Origin: Thalia democratica
Lineage: Eukaryota
DNA: 64,000 nucleotides
NCBI GenBank assembly: GCA_965202585.1
Contig: OZ241829.1
Span: 77,872,001 to 77,936,000 of the forward strand
Reading direction: 5' to 3'
Of this stretch, positions 12,877-24,760 are shown piece after piece. The notes below the pieces were generated by a model, which was not told the origin of the DNA, ran no database searches, and worked only from the letters and a program-made list of their open reading frames with translations. A program made the translations under genes and the position numbers. Position 1 is the stretch's first letter. Each line of letters opens with the position of its first letter.

Positions 12877-15800
12877 CAGGGGTCGGCAGGCAGTTGGCGG
12901 TCGCGGGCCAAATTTCAAGTTTACAAAGTCTTCGAGGGCCGCAGTTTTAGTTTTAGTGACATTTGAACAATCTTTTGGTTTTAGTTTTAGTCAAACTAGA
13001 GAAAAGTTTTACTTTTATTCACCTTATCATTTTAAATAACTTTTAGCTATACATAGAATGACTATTTAAATTAAATTAAATAAACTTAGAACAAAATTTA
13101 CATTGACTAATATACTTAAGTGTTAATAAACTATGTACTTTCATAAGAACTTACTATGTTAAATTTAATACTTTTGTTATTTTACATACAATTTAACTCT
13201 CTATAAAAACCAAACTTGAAAGACAATTTATTAGTTACTTTTATATAATTGTTATATTATCAACCCCTTTTTTCATATTTCTAAGAATATTAACTTCAAA
13301 AAAAAGTTTTTGCGTGTTAGACAGTTTACATTTTAGTAATTTTAGTAAAATTTAGTAATTAGTTAATTTAATAAAATTAATACCTGTTTGTATTATAGAA
13401 AGCTAGATCAAATTCTTTAACATAACTAATTCTCGAGTACTTAAATAAAATATCTTATTTGTAACTAGTCTTTTAAATGGTTGTCACTTAAAAAGCAAAA
13501 ATGTCTGAGTTGTATCAAACCAGCCAAAGTTCATTAAAAGTTTAAAAATCAAGTAAATCGTTGTAAATTAAGCTTAAGTACCTAGTAAAAGTATCATCAT
13601 TAAAAAGTACACAAAGTGTAAAAAAAACAAGAAAAAACTACAATTAGTAAACTACACTACAGTCATAAAAACTATTCAGGGAATTCCAAGATTTATTTAA
13701 AGTGTTTGAAATAAAAGTTTCACACACACCTGAGTTTTCAAGCTTTTAAATAGCCTGTTTGTGTAGCAACCCAGTTAAAACAAAGTTCACAACATAAAGA
13801 AATAACGAAACTTATTAACAGTAAACAAATTACAAGCCAAAAAAATATAAGTCAGCTGGAATGAACAATTAACTTTCTTAAAAATTTTTAACAAAAGTAT
13901 AAAACTTAATCGAGTCATTAGCGAAGAGAAAAACCTCTTTTTTATTAAGAATTACAGCAATTCTTTATCTGCAATAAGAATTTAAAAATATTAGTTGTAA
14001 AATAAAAGACGAGCAACAAAAAAAAAACGTTAGTTAGGAGTTATTGCGAGAAACGATAAAAAAACAAATCACCAAAGTCAGTTCCAACAAAGCACGTGAT
14101 TATCTTCAGTAACTACAGAATTATCAGAAAAAAAAGTTGTTAAGGCAAGTTATAAAGTAGCAAAATTTATTATTATTAATGAGATACCGTTTATAATTGA
14201 TTACTTTTTTAAAGAGTTTTTGTTGGCAGTAATAAAAAACTTTTGTTTATTTCTTCAATGACAACAAAAAGTCCTATTTAGGAAATGTATTAAGGTTATA
14301 AAGTCACATAAATCAAATTATGACTTAAATCAATATTTTAAGATAATAGCACTGATAGAAAAACTATTGCTCATCTGAGAATTTTTATTAGAGATGTTTT
14401 TTTAACTTTGACACTTTAGTATAATTTCTTGGTTTAGTTCAAACACGAAGCACAACAATCGGTGAAGTTTTACAAGTAAAGGTGCAATGCACCAAAAGTT
14501 TTTAGAAGTACAATTCCTTCTTTTATTTTTAGTGTAAAGTTTAATTAAAGTTTAAAAAGTGTCTTATAAAGTATATCAATATTAAAAAACACTGTTAAGC
14601 TATTTTAGTATATTTTTTAATAAAAAAATGTTTATTTGCTAAATTTTTTGTGTCAAATCGAAATTTTACTACTTTACATGTAAAAATTGTTTGAAACTCC
14701 AGGCTTTTTCAAAAATTCTCAAACTCAAGTTTTTTTCCAAAATCCAAAGCTTTAACTTGATATATTATAACATATATTATAACTGAAACTAACAATTTGG
14801 ATTGAGCAAAACTTGCATCATAAGTTTAATTTGCCACTCTTTTAAGCAAAAAAGCCAGCCTGAATTAACAAAAACATTCCTGATATTTTTGTACACAAAA
14901 AACAATTCTAGCCAAAAACTTATAAAATGACTTAGTTGGCCTGAGATTAAAAGTCTTCAAATAGTGATAGTCTGAGTGTGTGTCAATGTTTTTAAACTAT
15001 CGCTAAGTCTAGTTTATATTAAATAGGTAGCTCCAAAAAACAGCAAATGTGTGTATTGATATGCAAAGCATAAAAGTTAACTTAGTTTGACAAAATCAAT
15101 GTTTGAAAAATGAAAATGTATACCTAACAAAAACTATATTAGTTTATATCATATATATTGTTTTAATTGTGTCTGTACAAATTTAGATATTACATATAGA
15201 AAAACCAAACTTAGAAAATTATGCATGAACTAAACTTAAACTAACTAAAGTATTTTATAAAAAGTGGTTTAAAATATGAGCATGTTTTCAAGTTGGTGTG
15301 CATACAAATTAGTTCAAGTGCAAAGAAAACTTCTAAAAAATTAAAATGTGTCAAAACAAAACTTAGATAAACCTTTTTTTCTTTACTATGTTATTTTATA
15401 TATTTTTACACTAAAACATAACATTTACAAATAAAAAATATATAAAAGAAACTTAGGTATAAAAAATATTGGAAAGAATATCTAAGCTATAAAGAAATGA
15501 CACTTTAGTTAATTACTGTGCATTACTTTTGTACAAAATGGAAAACATTTGCATTTAGTTTATTTGATAAATAAGTATAATATAACTAACATATTAAATT
15601 CAAGCACTCTTTTTTCAGATAATTACTTGCTGTTGTAAAATAGAAGTTATTATGAAACTTAGAAAAATATCCTGTTAGAATGCTAATCTGTCTTTTTCAC
15701 ATTTTTAAATTAAAGTAGTAACTTCTTCTAATTTTTTTTAAATGTTATACAGAGACTTTAAGCAAACTAAACAAATTAAATCGAATTACCGAAAAAAATT

Positions 15801-15967
15801 TTACTTGAATTATATTTTTGCTCAGCGGGCCACTTTTACATGCTCGCGGGCCACAAAATTTTCTTTCGCGGGCCGCATTCCATTCAAAAAAATAACGTGC
15901 TCGCGGGCCGCAGATTTACCCTTCGCGGGCCGCAATTGGCCCGCGGGCCGCAGTTTGCCGACCCCTG
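12877..15967 (-). mobile_element. Buster/Charlie-type hAT transposon (3091 bp, decayed), nested in the Mutator/Foldback-like element
   Basis: TIR CAGGGGTCGGCA...TGCCGACCCCTG. Perfect 8-bp TSD TTTTAGAT (12869-12876 and 15968-15975) fits NNNTANNN. Subterminal CGCGGGCCG repeats. Only scattered minus-strand transposase-like remnants (e.g. FSDEQ*, FELNQEI). Confidence 0.9.
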
Positions 15968-16076
15968 TTTTAGATCTTTCATTATTTGCCTTTAATATAG
16001 GTGTATTATAAAATTTTAGTTTTCAGTTTCTTTTTATGTTACAAACTTGGTAATAGCTAAACAACTTTTAATCGGC

Positions 16077-16543
16077 CTGCATGCAAAATTGATTTTTCGT
16101 GCAAAAAATTCATCGTGCCAAAATGTCGCTGTGCAAAAATTTCATCGTAAAAATGTGACGTTGTGCAACAATGCTGGTGTAGAAAATTGTCATCGTAAAA
16201 AAAATTTGCCGTGAAAAAGTGTCTCCTCGTGCAAAAGTGACCCTCCGTACAAAAGAGTCGCCGTGCAAAAGTGTCCTCTCGTGCAAAAGTGACCCTCCGT
16301 GCAAAAGTGACCCTGCGTGCAAAAATGTCCCCTCGTGCAAAAGTGACAGTCGTGCAAAAGAGTCGCCGTGCAAAACTGTCCCCTCGTGCAAAAGTGACCC
16401 TGCGTGCAAAAGTGACGTCGCGCAAAAGAGTCGCCGTGCAAAAGTGTCCCCTCGTGCAAAAGTGACCCTCGTGCAAAAGTGTCCCCTCGTGTAAAAGTGA
16501 CGCTCGTGCAAAAGTGACGCTCGTGCAAAAGTGACACCCACCC
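16077..16543 (-). repeat. Right arm: inverted array of the same unit, degenerating inward
   Basis: CGTGCAAAAGTGAC units; order of spacer variants largely shared with the left arm. Confidence 0.95.
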
Positions 16544-17420
16544 GTTTAATACATATAGTTGTTATATTAGCACACAAACATCAGTCTATTGTAATTTATT
16601 AATAGAAACATGTAGAAAATACTCAGATGCTAATGTTAAACTTATTAATATATTTTCACTGCATATCTTCAAAAACGTTACTGCAGAAAGAATTAAAACA
16701 TCAACTTAAAACACTTAAAACACTTAAAACCACAAAAAATATCTTTATGCTAATTTGTCATTAGAGAATTTAACAAAAGTTGAAAAACAATCATCGCAAA
16801 AACATTTATAAACTAACTATAAAACATGCCATTATAAAAGTTAGTTAATTAAACAAATAAAAACACTTTCTACACAAAATCTTTTTGTCTACAATGTTTC
16901 GGTTTGTTCAAAAACATTATTAGCCTATAAACTCGCTAGGTCATAATAATCTATAACATAATATAGTAAAATTCTTTGTAAAGTTGCTTAAAATAACAGA
17001 CAAAGTAAAACTTGAAGCACAAATGATATGATTTAAAAATTTAACAATTAATTAAGTTTTATTTAATGATATATTTTAACTTTTATCCTGAGCTGAAAAA
17101 ATAATTTGCAATCTTATTTGGATAGGCTAAATTGACTCAGTTAATAAACAACAAAATGATACAGATTTTTAATTATAAGTTTAATAAAGTATCTGCAACA
17201 TAGTTGTTAACATATTAAAATATCATTAAAAGCGTTTTGACAAGTTTGAATTTAGAAGATTCTTATCAAAAATATCAAATAATATTTATTAACAGTTAAT
17301 TTCGACTTGTATTTTTCTACACGAATTGCGTTTTTAAATGATACATTGTATCGTTATGTTTTAAATGTGTCTAGTTTAATTTTAGTTTCTGTTTTTAGAC
17401 AAAAAATTATTTCTGGCAAA

Positions 17421-18389
17421 ATGTCTATGGTGTATGAAAACAGCAATTCAATTTCTTTTCATGTACCGAATGTTTTGTACGAAAACAGATATTGCAACAA
17501 AGAAGGCTTCAGTATCTTAGTTTGTGGAGGAAAAGACAGAAACAAAGATATGACAAACGAAGTTTTAGAGTTGGAGATACCTAGTTTTAAAGTGAATAAA
17601 TTTCCCTCAATGGTTAAACCACATTTATTTTTCGGTTTATCTACTATCAAGTCTGATATATTTGCTATTGGTAATACTAAAAAATTAAAAAAGTTTTTAG
17701 GTGAATCATATCTATTTATAGAAGTTTATTCTCGAAAAACTAAAACTTGGACTCATAAGTATGTCAAAAATGATAAAAAGCTACATAGTATTAATTCATT
17801 TAGTTGTATAAGTTCATTTATGTGTAAGTTGTATTTAATTGGTGATTGGAACAGTAGTTTGTGCTACAGTTACGATATTAATAAGCTTACATGGAACAAA
17901 ATAACTAATTTAAATGCAGCAAGAAGTAGTGCTAGATGTACAGTTTTTGAAGGTAAAATTGTTGTTACTGGAGGCTACTACTATCCACAAGGAGAATTGA
18001 AATCAGTAGAAGCATATGATTATTATGAAAGCAAATGGACCTATTTACCTGATATGATTGAAAAAAGATGTAATCACGCTGCAGTTAGTATGGGTAATAA
18101 AATGTTTGTTATTGGTGGAGGATATACTACAAGTTGTGAAGTTTTTGATAGTTTTTCAAGAAACTTTACAAATATTTGTTCAGAAATTTATCCTGATGAA
18201 GAAAAATGTTGGTTTGATGCATTAAACATTGGGAACTATATAGTAGTGTTTCAAATTTTAGTAAACTATATAAGCGAAACAGTTGTTTACTTGTATGATG
18301 TTGATAAAGCAAAATGGTTAAATGTTCAGTGTGATTTTACTAAAAACAAATTTGACCCCAGATATGTTAAGTACTACACCTTACTTTAA
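17421..18389 (+). CDS. K3: stand-alone Kelch beta-propeller protein, 322 aa, intact
   Basis: Six blades, no stops. ATG homologous to K1; acceptor TTTTTAG|AC (17397-17398) 22 nt upstream. Confidence 0.9.
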   Translation: MSMVYENSNSISFHVPNVLYENRYCNKEGFSILVCGGKDRNKDMTNEVLELEIPSFKVNKFPSMVKPHLFFGLSTIKSDIFAIGNTKKLKKFLGESYLFIEVYSRKTKTWTHKYVKNDKKLHSINSFSCISSFMCKLYLIGDWNSSLCYSYDINKLTWNKITNLNAARSSARCTVFEGKIVVTGGYYYPQGELKSVEAYDYYESKWTYLPDMIEKRCNHAAVSMGNKMFVIGGGYTTSCEVFDSFSRNFTNICSEIYPDEEKCWFDALNIGNYIVVFQILVNYISETVVYLYDVDKAKWLNVQCDFTKNKFDPRYVKYYTLL

Positions 18390-18789
18390 GAAACTATATG
18401 AATGCGTGTTAAACAATAAAAATGAGAGTTGTTTAAAGTTAATTTTATTTTTGTTGTTATTTTATTTAAATTTTATCTTAAATCACTATGTTACTTTAAT
18501 GTTCGTTGAAAAATTATTATTATTTATGACTTTGTTAGAAATTTTGTTACAATAAAGCATTTATAAAGGAAGAATTGGTATATGGAATTAACATTTTATT
18601 TTAGTGTTCAAAGAGTGAAATTTTATAGCTAACAATTTTGTAATATACTATATATTTATGTTAATCTTAAGTTATTTTTAACAAGTGTATTGTATAAATT
18701 ATTGTATCATGTAAATTTGTAAATGTAAGTTTCTCATCACATTATTTTTTCATAATTTGCAATGTTTATTTTTTATAAAAGATTGTCTG

Positions 18790-19125
18790 CCAATACTTTA
18801 TCCTTTTCACAAAAAACTCAATAACTAAATTAAAAATAGGCCAAAACTTGACAGTTTTCTTTTGATAACCATCTCACTTTTGAATGAATTATCAACTTAT
18901 CAAAAACTTCATCATTGTAATTGCATAGCAGTTCAAACAGACGACTTTGTAAAGCATGACCCTTTCTTTGGCAGCTTTGGACGAAGTTGTCAAACTTTAT
19001 GCAACTAAGTGTTGGAGATGTATAACGCAATGAATAGTAAACATATCATGGTTTAACTCTACGTAATATATGATTAATCCACGATACTTTCTTATCATAG
19101 ACGGAGAACCATCTGTTGCAACTCT
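18790..19125 (-). mobile_element. hAT (Buster, ZBED8/SCAND3-like) transposase fragment
   Basis: Minus-strand motifs VATDGSPSM and HALQSRLFELLC...LIIHSKVRWLSK match TDGAPAM and LLHTEVRWLSKG; frameshifted. Confidence 0.85.
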
Positions 19126-19534
19126 TATAGATGTTTTAAAAGTACTAAGTTTTAAAATGTATTAAAATAGCTTCAAGTCTAATTAGTTCCAATGTATTTG
19201 AACATTGTAGCATTACTCTGAAATAAGATAATGCAAAATTTTTTCCACAACTTGGATTATTCACAAGGTGTTCTGCTATCGCAGATTATTTTATTGTCTT
19301 TTTGACTAATTGATTAATTATTTTTAACATATTTATATTTATGTGTTTTAATTTTTTACAAAAACATTTTTGTTATAATCCATTTAATTTTTTGTTAATT
19401 TGATTTCTCAAATGTCGTTTAATCCTTAATTTTTCTTTGTTGGACAAATTTGACTCTTTGGAGGCTTAAATTAGTAAGAAGGCGAAAAAGTAAATGTTAA
19501 ATCAACTAGTCAAAAGGCGATATTTAATGAATCT

Positions 19535-19864
19535 AATGTCAAGAGACGATTTTTTTTTAATTCATTCCAAGAGGGCATTTGTAAAATTGAGTTCGGGATA
19601 CCCTAACTGGGTCGAAAAGATATAAAAAAGTATAAGACTATGACTTAACAACTGTTTTCTTATAATGGAAGTCACTTCAAATTATTTGTTTTCAAATTTC
19701 GATTAATCAGTCATTTCTCTTTCATGGGTAATTTTGGCTATTTGGAGACTTAAATAAGTCAAGATACACTTTTTTATACTAAGAGGCCATTTATGAAAAT
19801 GAATTCGGGAAACCCTAGTTGAGTCAAAAAAATATAAAAAAAAAGTATAAGACTATAACTTGAC
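19535..19864. repeat. Degenerate direct repeat, about 210-220 bp period
   Basis: AAGAGGGCATTT..GAGTTCGGGATACCCTA..AAAGTATAAGACTATGACTT (19568) vs AAGAGGCCATTT..GAATTCGGGAAACCCTA..AAAGTATAAGACTATAACTT (19781). Confidence 0.75.
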
Positions 19865-20644
19865 GATAGTATTTTATAAAGGCTCGATCACGCTTTGCTA
19901 GACTGTAATGTAAATTAGAAGGTAAAAATATTAAAATCATACAATTTGGTTTCTAGGCAATGTTTCTATGTGACGTCATTAAGATATTTACAACTTTATT
20001 ATATTTTTAACAAAAAAAAAATAAATTGATCATTTTTTTTTTCTAAATTTTAAAACTTAAGGTATTAAAACCAGGTATTAAAAAATACTGTGTAGGTGTC
20101 AAAAATACTAGAAGCGACACTTTTGCGCGAAGACAATTTTCCACGAGTAAATGTTTATAATTCAAGTAGTTAATTTTTTCTTCTTTTATTATTTTCTTAA
20201 CAAATCACTATTAGCCCTAAGCCATACCCTTGATCGGTATTTTTTTTTAATCACAGTTACCCTTAATTTACCCTTTGGTAATTTTTTCATTTTTCTTGTT
20301 GTTATTTTTGTTTTTTATACATTTGATTTTGATTTTTTTTATTAACACCCTTACCGTTAGTGACTTTTTGTTGTCAATTGTTATCTTATTTTAATACTTT
20401 TTTTTTTATCACAAATACCCTAGTTCTTACCATAGGTTTATAATTTTTTATCTTAATTTTGTTTTTATTTTCGTTAATTTTTTTATTTTAGTGAAAAAAG
20501 ACCATTCATTCATAGTTGACCCGTATCTAAGTATATTATCTGTGCTCATGAAAAATTATTTAAATATTTTCAGTTGGTTAGTATTTACAAATAACAGTCA
20601 GTGAAATGTTATTTATTTTTTTATTTACCATATACGTTCTACAC

Positions 20645-21600
20645 TAGGGATCGAAAGGCAGCTGGTTTTCGCGGGCCAAACTTCTAGTTTTAAAATTTTC
20701 GCAGGCAGAAGTTTTAGTTTTAGTGATATTTTAATAAGCTATTGGTTTTAGTTTTAGTCACGCTAGATTTTATACTCATAAAAATTTTAAGTTGAAATGT
20801 TACTAGATGACATAAAATTTAAAAGTAAATACAAGACTTTTTATATATGAATTGAACATTACTATTAGACGAAATTAAAACTTTCAAACTAAATTATAAA
20901 AAGTAAATACTTGATGAAACAACTGAAATTTTCAATAGATTTGACTTTAAAACAACGTTAAATATTCTATTGTCTAAATTTCTTAGTATAAACTAAAAAA
21001 TATTCACACTATTTTATCCAAACAAAACAAGTTCATTCGAATTTAATGACAATAATTTGTAAAGTAATCAAAACATTGTAAACTGTCGTAATGTTTACAC
21101 AATACATATTTTGTGTTCATGGAAATTTAGTTGGATGAAAAAAGGAATATTAAAACAGTCTTATATTAGTCTACGAAAGCTAGACAATAAACGTGTTTTT
21201 TCCCTTATAAGGCAATCCTTAACCTTTAAAATAAAACCTTGTTTTGTAATTATAGAAGCTTTAATAATTTTAAAATAGTCACTAATGTAGTTGTTTTTGT
21301 AATTTAATAGCCGTAAATTGCTAGGTACAAGTAAAATATAAAATTTTTATGTATAAAAAAAAGATTTACCTCTACTTAATCCACTTGGTAAAAATTACCA
21401 GAACCACGTATCATAAAAAAACCATTTAAGTGTAGCAATTATCTTTTAGAATTACAAGAATCTACCAAACCAAAGGTTTTTATTTTACGTCTTTGTATTT
21501 TTAGTTAATTTTCTGATAGTTTACTAAGTTATGAACCTACGTAAATGCAAGAATAAATAACTTCAAATCAAAAAACTAATAAAAATATATTCAAAACAAC
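20645..21600. mobile_element. Older, truncated copy of the 12877 hAT element
   Basis: TAGGGATCGAAAGGCAGCTGG..CGCGGGCCAAA..GTTTTAGTTTTAGTGA..TTGGTTTTAGTTTTAGTCA parallels the left end at 12877-13000. Right boundary uncertain. Confidence 0.7.
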
Positions 21601-23358
21601 GCAAAAAAATAGCTTTCAAGTTACCCTTATTGTTAAACGTATTTTTTTTGCTTACGTTTTTTGTCTAAGCTCACCATAATATTTGCAAAATTAAAAAAAT
21701 TGAGAATATATTTTGATATTTTTTTTTCAATTTAAGATGTGAGTAAACTATTTACTAAACGATCAAAAACAGCTCAAACAGTTTCAATGTGGTGTACCAA
21801 AAAACCTTAAAGCTAACCATTGATAACTTGTAAAAAATTAAGCCTTTCCCTGTTTTAAAAAGATTCTTACAAAGCTTCTGCTTCCCTTGCAGTACATTGG
21901 TACAATTTAGGTCTAATCATAAGAGTAGCTGTGACTATTAAATTGTCTGTAATTTAATCTTTAAAGCTGTACTGGTCAAAGATACTGTTTTTTTTTTTTT
22001 TAAAGCGCGGAACTTTTATATTTCAGTGTAAATCTGTGTATTTCTAATATAATTATCAAGTAAGTTTTAAAACATCAAAGTTTCTAATTGAAAAAATAAT
22101 GTATACATATTTAAACTTGAAAATACAATAATTCAAATTGAAAACTTTATAAGCAGAAAACATTAACTTTTAGTATTGTATATTTTTAGACTGTACATAT
22201 TAAGTTTATATTTTGTATTAGAAAAAATATCTAAACAAAATTTTTAGCGACATACAATTATTTTTATGGCAACGGGTCAAAATTACAGAGATGGTCAATT
22301 TCGCACGACCCAAAAGGATCATTTTTGCAAGAGAGTAATAACACATATTAAAAAAATATATTAAAAAAATGCTGTCAGTATTTGATTAAACCATATAACA
22401 TTATAACAAATTGCTAACTAAAATAATAAAAGTTTCATCGAAATATTATGTTTGTATGGGCAAAATACTTTTTGGTTTTGCTTGTCTGTCTGTTGCAGCC
22501 ATTGCTTTATTTTCTTAAAATAAAAATAAATCACCAAGAAAAAGGTAAGTCAAGAAAAATGCGATTAGAAATATTTTGTCAGAAGTAAAAAATTTGTAGA
22601 AAATGCTAAGGTCTTACTTACTTACAATTAAAGTTAGTACTTACAATTAAAGTTAGACATCACTTCAACTAGGTTATTAGGTTAAATTTGTATAGAAAAA
22701 AACTAATTAAAAGTGAAAACGACTTGAATAAAAGTTTAGAATGGTTAAAAACTGTTTTTTATTGAATTGTCTTGAATTTTCAGAATTTTTTTTATTATGT
22801 TAATATAGTGCAGAAATAGAGCAAATGTTAATATTAAGTAAAACTTAAGTTAATTGTATAAAAGTTTTCGGTATTAAATAGTATCATAAACTATAAATCA
22901 TTTTGTATTACTATAAATATCTTAATGACGTCACCGAAAAACATTAGGTTTTCAAATTATAATTTTTTATAAAAAATTATCACATGTCTTTATGTTAGTT
23001 TTATCACTAAATTGACTGCATTTTGTAATCAATAATTTATTTAAGGTTAAAATATGTTATTTGGAGTATAAGTTTTTTGTGTAAACTAAATTATAAAATA
23101 TTTTAAAATTATACTTGTTTATGTTAAATACAACATCTGGTTACCAAATTTGAGTCAAATGTATAAAAAAAAAATTATAGTTATAAACTGTAAACAATTT
23201 TCACTTATTAATATGTTATGTTAAAATTGCATATCTTGATAATAATTGCTTTTTAAAAAGCTTTAAACTTTTTACTGAAACATTTTATGATTTTGTTTTT
23301 ATTCTCATAATTTGCATTATTTTTTCTGTGTTTAGACTAAAATTTTATTTCTAGCAAA

Positions 23359-24318
23359 ATGTGTCAGATGCATGAAAAAAACAAGTCAATTCCTTTTCAT
23401 GTGCAAAAATATTTGTATGAAAACAGATATTTTAACCAAGAATGCTTCAGTATTTTGATTTGTGGAGGAAAAGACAAAAATAGAAAAATTACAAACGAAG
23501 CTATAGAGTTTGAAATACCTAGAATGAATGTTAATGAATTTCCTTCAATGGTAGAACCGCATTATTATTTTTACTTAGCTACTATTAAATCTGATATTAT
23601 AGCTTTTGGTAATTGTCCAGAACTAAATTGCTTTTTCAATATGTGCCATTTATTTCTTGAAATTTATTCTGGAATAACTAAAACTTGGACATATCATATT
23701 GTTAGAAAGAAAAACGGTATTGTTATTGTGTTAGTTCATTCATGAGTGAATTTTATTTAACAGGAGGGCGGGTTGGATGCAGTGCGAAGTGTTAGTTGGT
23801 CTCACAGATACGACATCAGAAGAAGAATATGGAATGAAGTAGCAGATTTAAATGTAGCAAGAGATTGTGCTAAGTGTACAGTTTTTGATGGTAAAATTGT
23901 TGTTACTGGAAGTATTGAAAGTTAGTCAACATTAAAATCAGTAGAGGTTATGACTATCATGAAAACAAATGGACATTTGTATCTGATATGATCGAAAAAA
24001 ATTGTAATCATGCTGCAGTTAGTATGTGTTATAAAATGTTTGTTATTGGTGGATACTATAATACAAGTTGTGAAGTATTTGATAGTTTATCAAGAAAATT
24101 CACAAAAGTTAACTCAGAAGTTAAAGTTCGTAACTCAGAAAAACAGTACTTTAATGCTTTCAGCATCGGCAATAATATTGTGATATATCAAGGTTTAAAA
24201 AAGTCTCTTACAGAAACAGTTGTTTACTTATACGATGTTGAAAAAAAAAAGGCTAAACACTCACTATGGTTTAACTAAAAGCTTGTTTGATTTAAGTTAT
24301 GTGAAGTACTTTACCTAA
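23359..24318 (+). pseudogene. K4: Kelch paralog pseudogene
   Basis: Full-length homology with frameshifts near 23715 and 23945, TAG near 23922 and a poly-A shift near 24245. Acceptor TTTAG|AC 23 nt upstream. Confidence 0.9.
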
Positions 24319-24379
24319 TTTCATGATCGACTCAAGCTTATGTCGTAGAAAACTTTATTTTTTGAACACAACTTCCTTG

Positions 24380-24760
24380 TTTAAGTTTCAATTTTACATT
24401 GAAATAAATCATGTAAAACAGAAAAATTATTGAGATGTTAACTTAATTTTTGAAATATGATTAAACTAACTTATGATATAAATAAAGATTTTTTTTTTCA
24501 GATCATTCAATTTTTAAATTAAGTTTTAAAAGTGTTAAAACAATTTGTTTCATATAAGTAAATAATATCGAATACGAAGGAGGAACTTTTTATAAAGCAA
24601 AATTATAAGTTAAAGCTTTTTGTTGGAGCTTAAAACTTGTTTGAATTAAAAAAAAAATGCATCAAAAAAGAAGACATTAGTTTAAAACATATGTCTATAA
24701 TAAGGCATAACACAACTTTTCTAAATCTAAACTTAATAAGTAAAATTTTAAAGTAGTTTT
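24380..24760. repeat. ~370-bp dispersed repeat (second copy 47760-48140)
   Basis: GTTTCAATTTTAC(A/T)TTGAAATAAA(T/G)CATGTAAAACAGAAAAATTATT and AATACGAAGGA(G/T)GAACTTTTTATAAAGCAAAA are shared. Confidence 0.8.

Larger units (their letters stand above)
11810..16543. mobile_element. Non-autonomous Mutator/Foldback-like DNA transposon, 4734 bp, with long inverted arms made of tandem repeats
   Basis: Perfect 9-bp TSD GTTTAATAC (11801-11809 and 16544-16552). Termini GG...CC; both arms are GG-N6-GTCACTTTTGCACG arrays in inverted orientation. The empty paralogous site near 42255 reads ...TTAATTTTTAATACATTT... Confidence 0.88.
5330..18760 (+). repeat. Segmental duplication beta, copy 1 (paralog 40270-45120)
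   Basis: Colinear order X - hammerhead island - upstream region - Kelch - 3' flank. Copy 1 has an extra ~4.3 kb (orphan gene) and the 4.7-kb TE. Copy 2 has an extra ~0.8 kb at 42950-43740. Confidence 0.85.

Noticed and set aside
15742-16011. 89-aa ORF rich in SRA/FAGR
   Set aside because: Translation of hAT subterminal CGCGGGCCG repeats.
16560-17200. Possible decayed GIY-YIG or RT of a Penelope element next to the hammerhead island
   Set aside because: Only vague similarity (LEAQMI..NLTIN); no diagnostic motif.
17307-17420. TTG-initiated N-terminal extensions of K3 and K6 (43814) and of the orphan ORF (10121)
   Set aside because: They run through the pyrimidine tract and splice acceptor and are absent from other paralogs; probably intronic or outron sequence.
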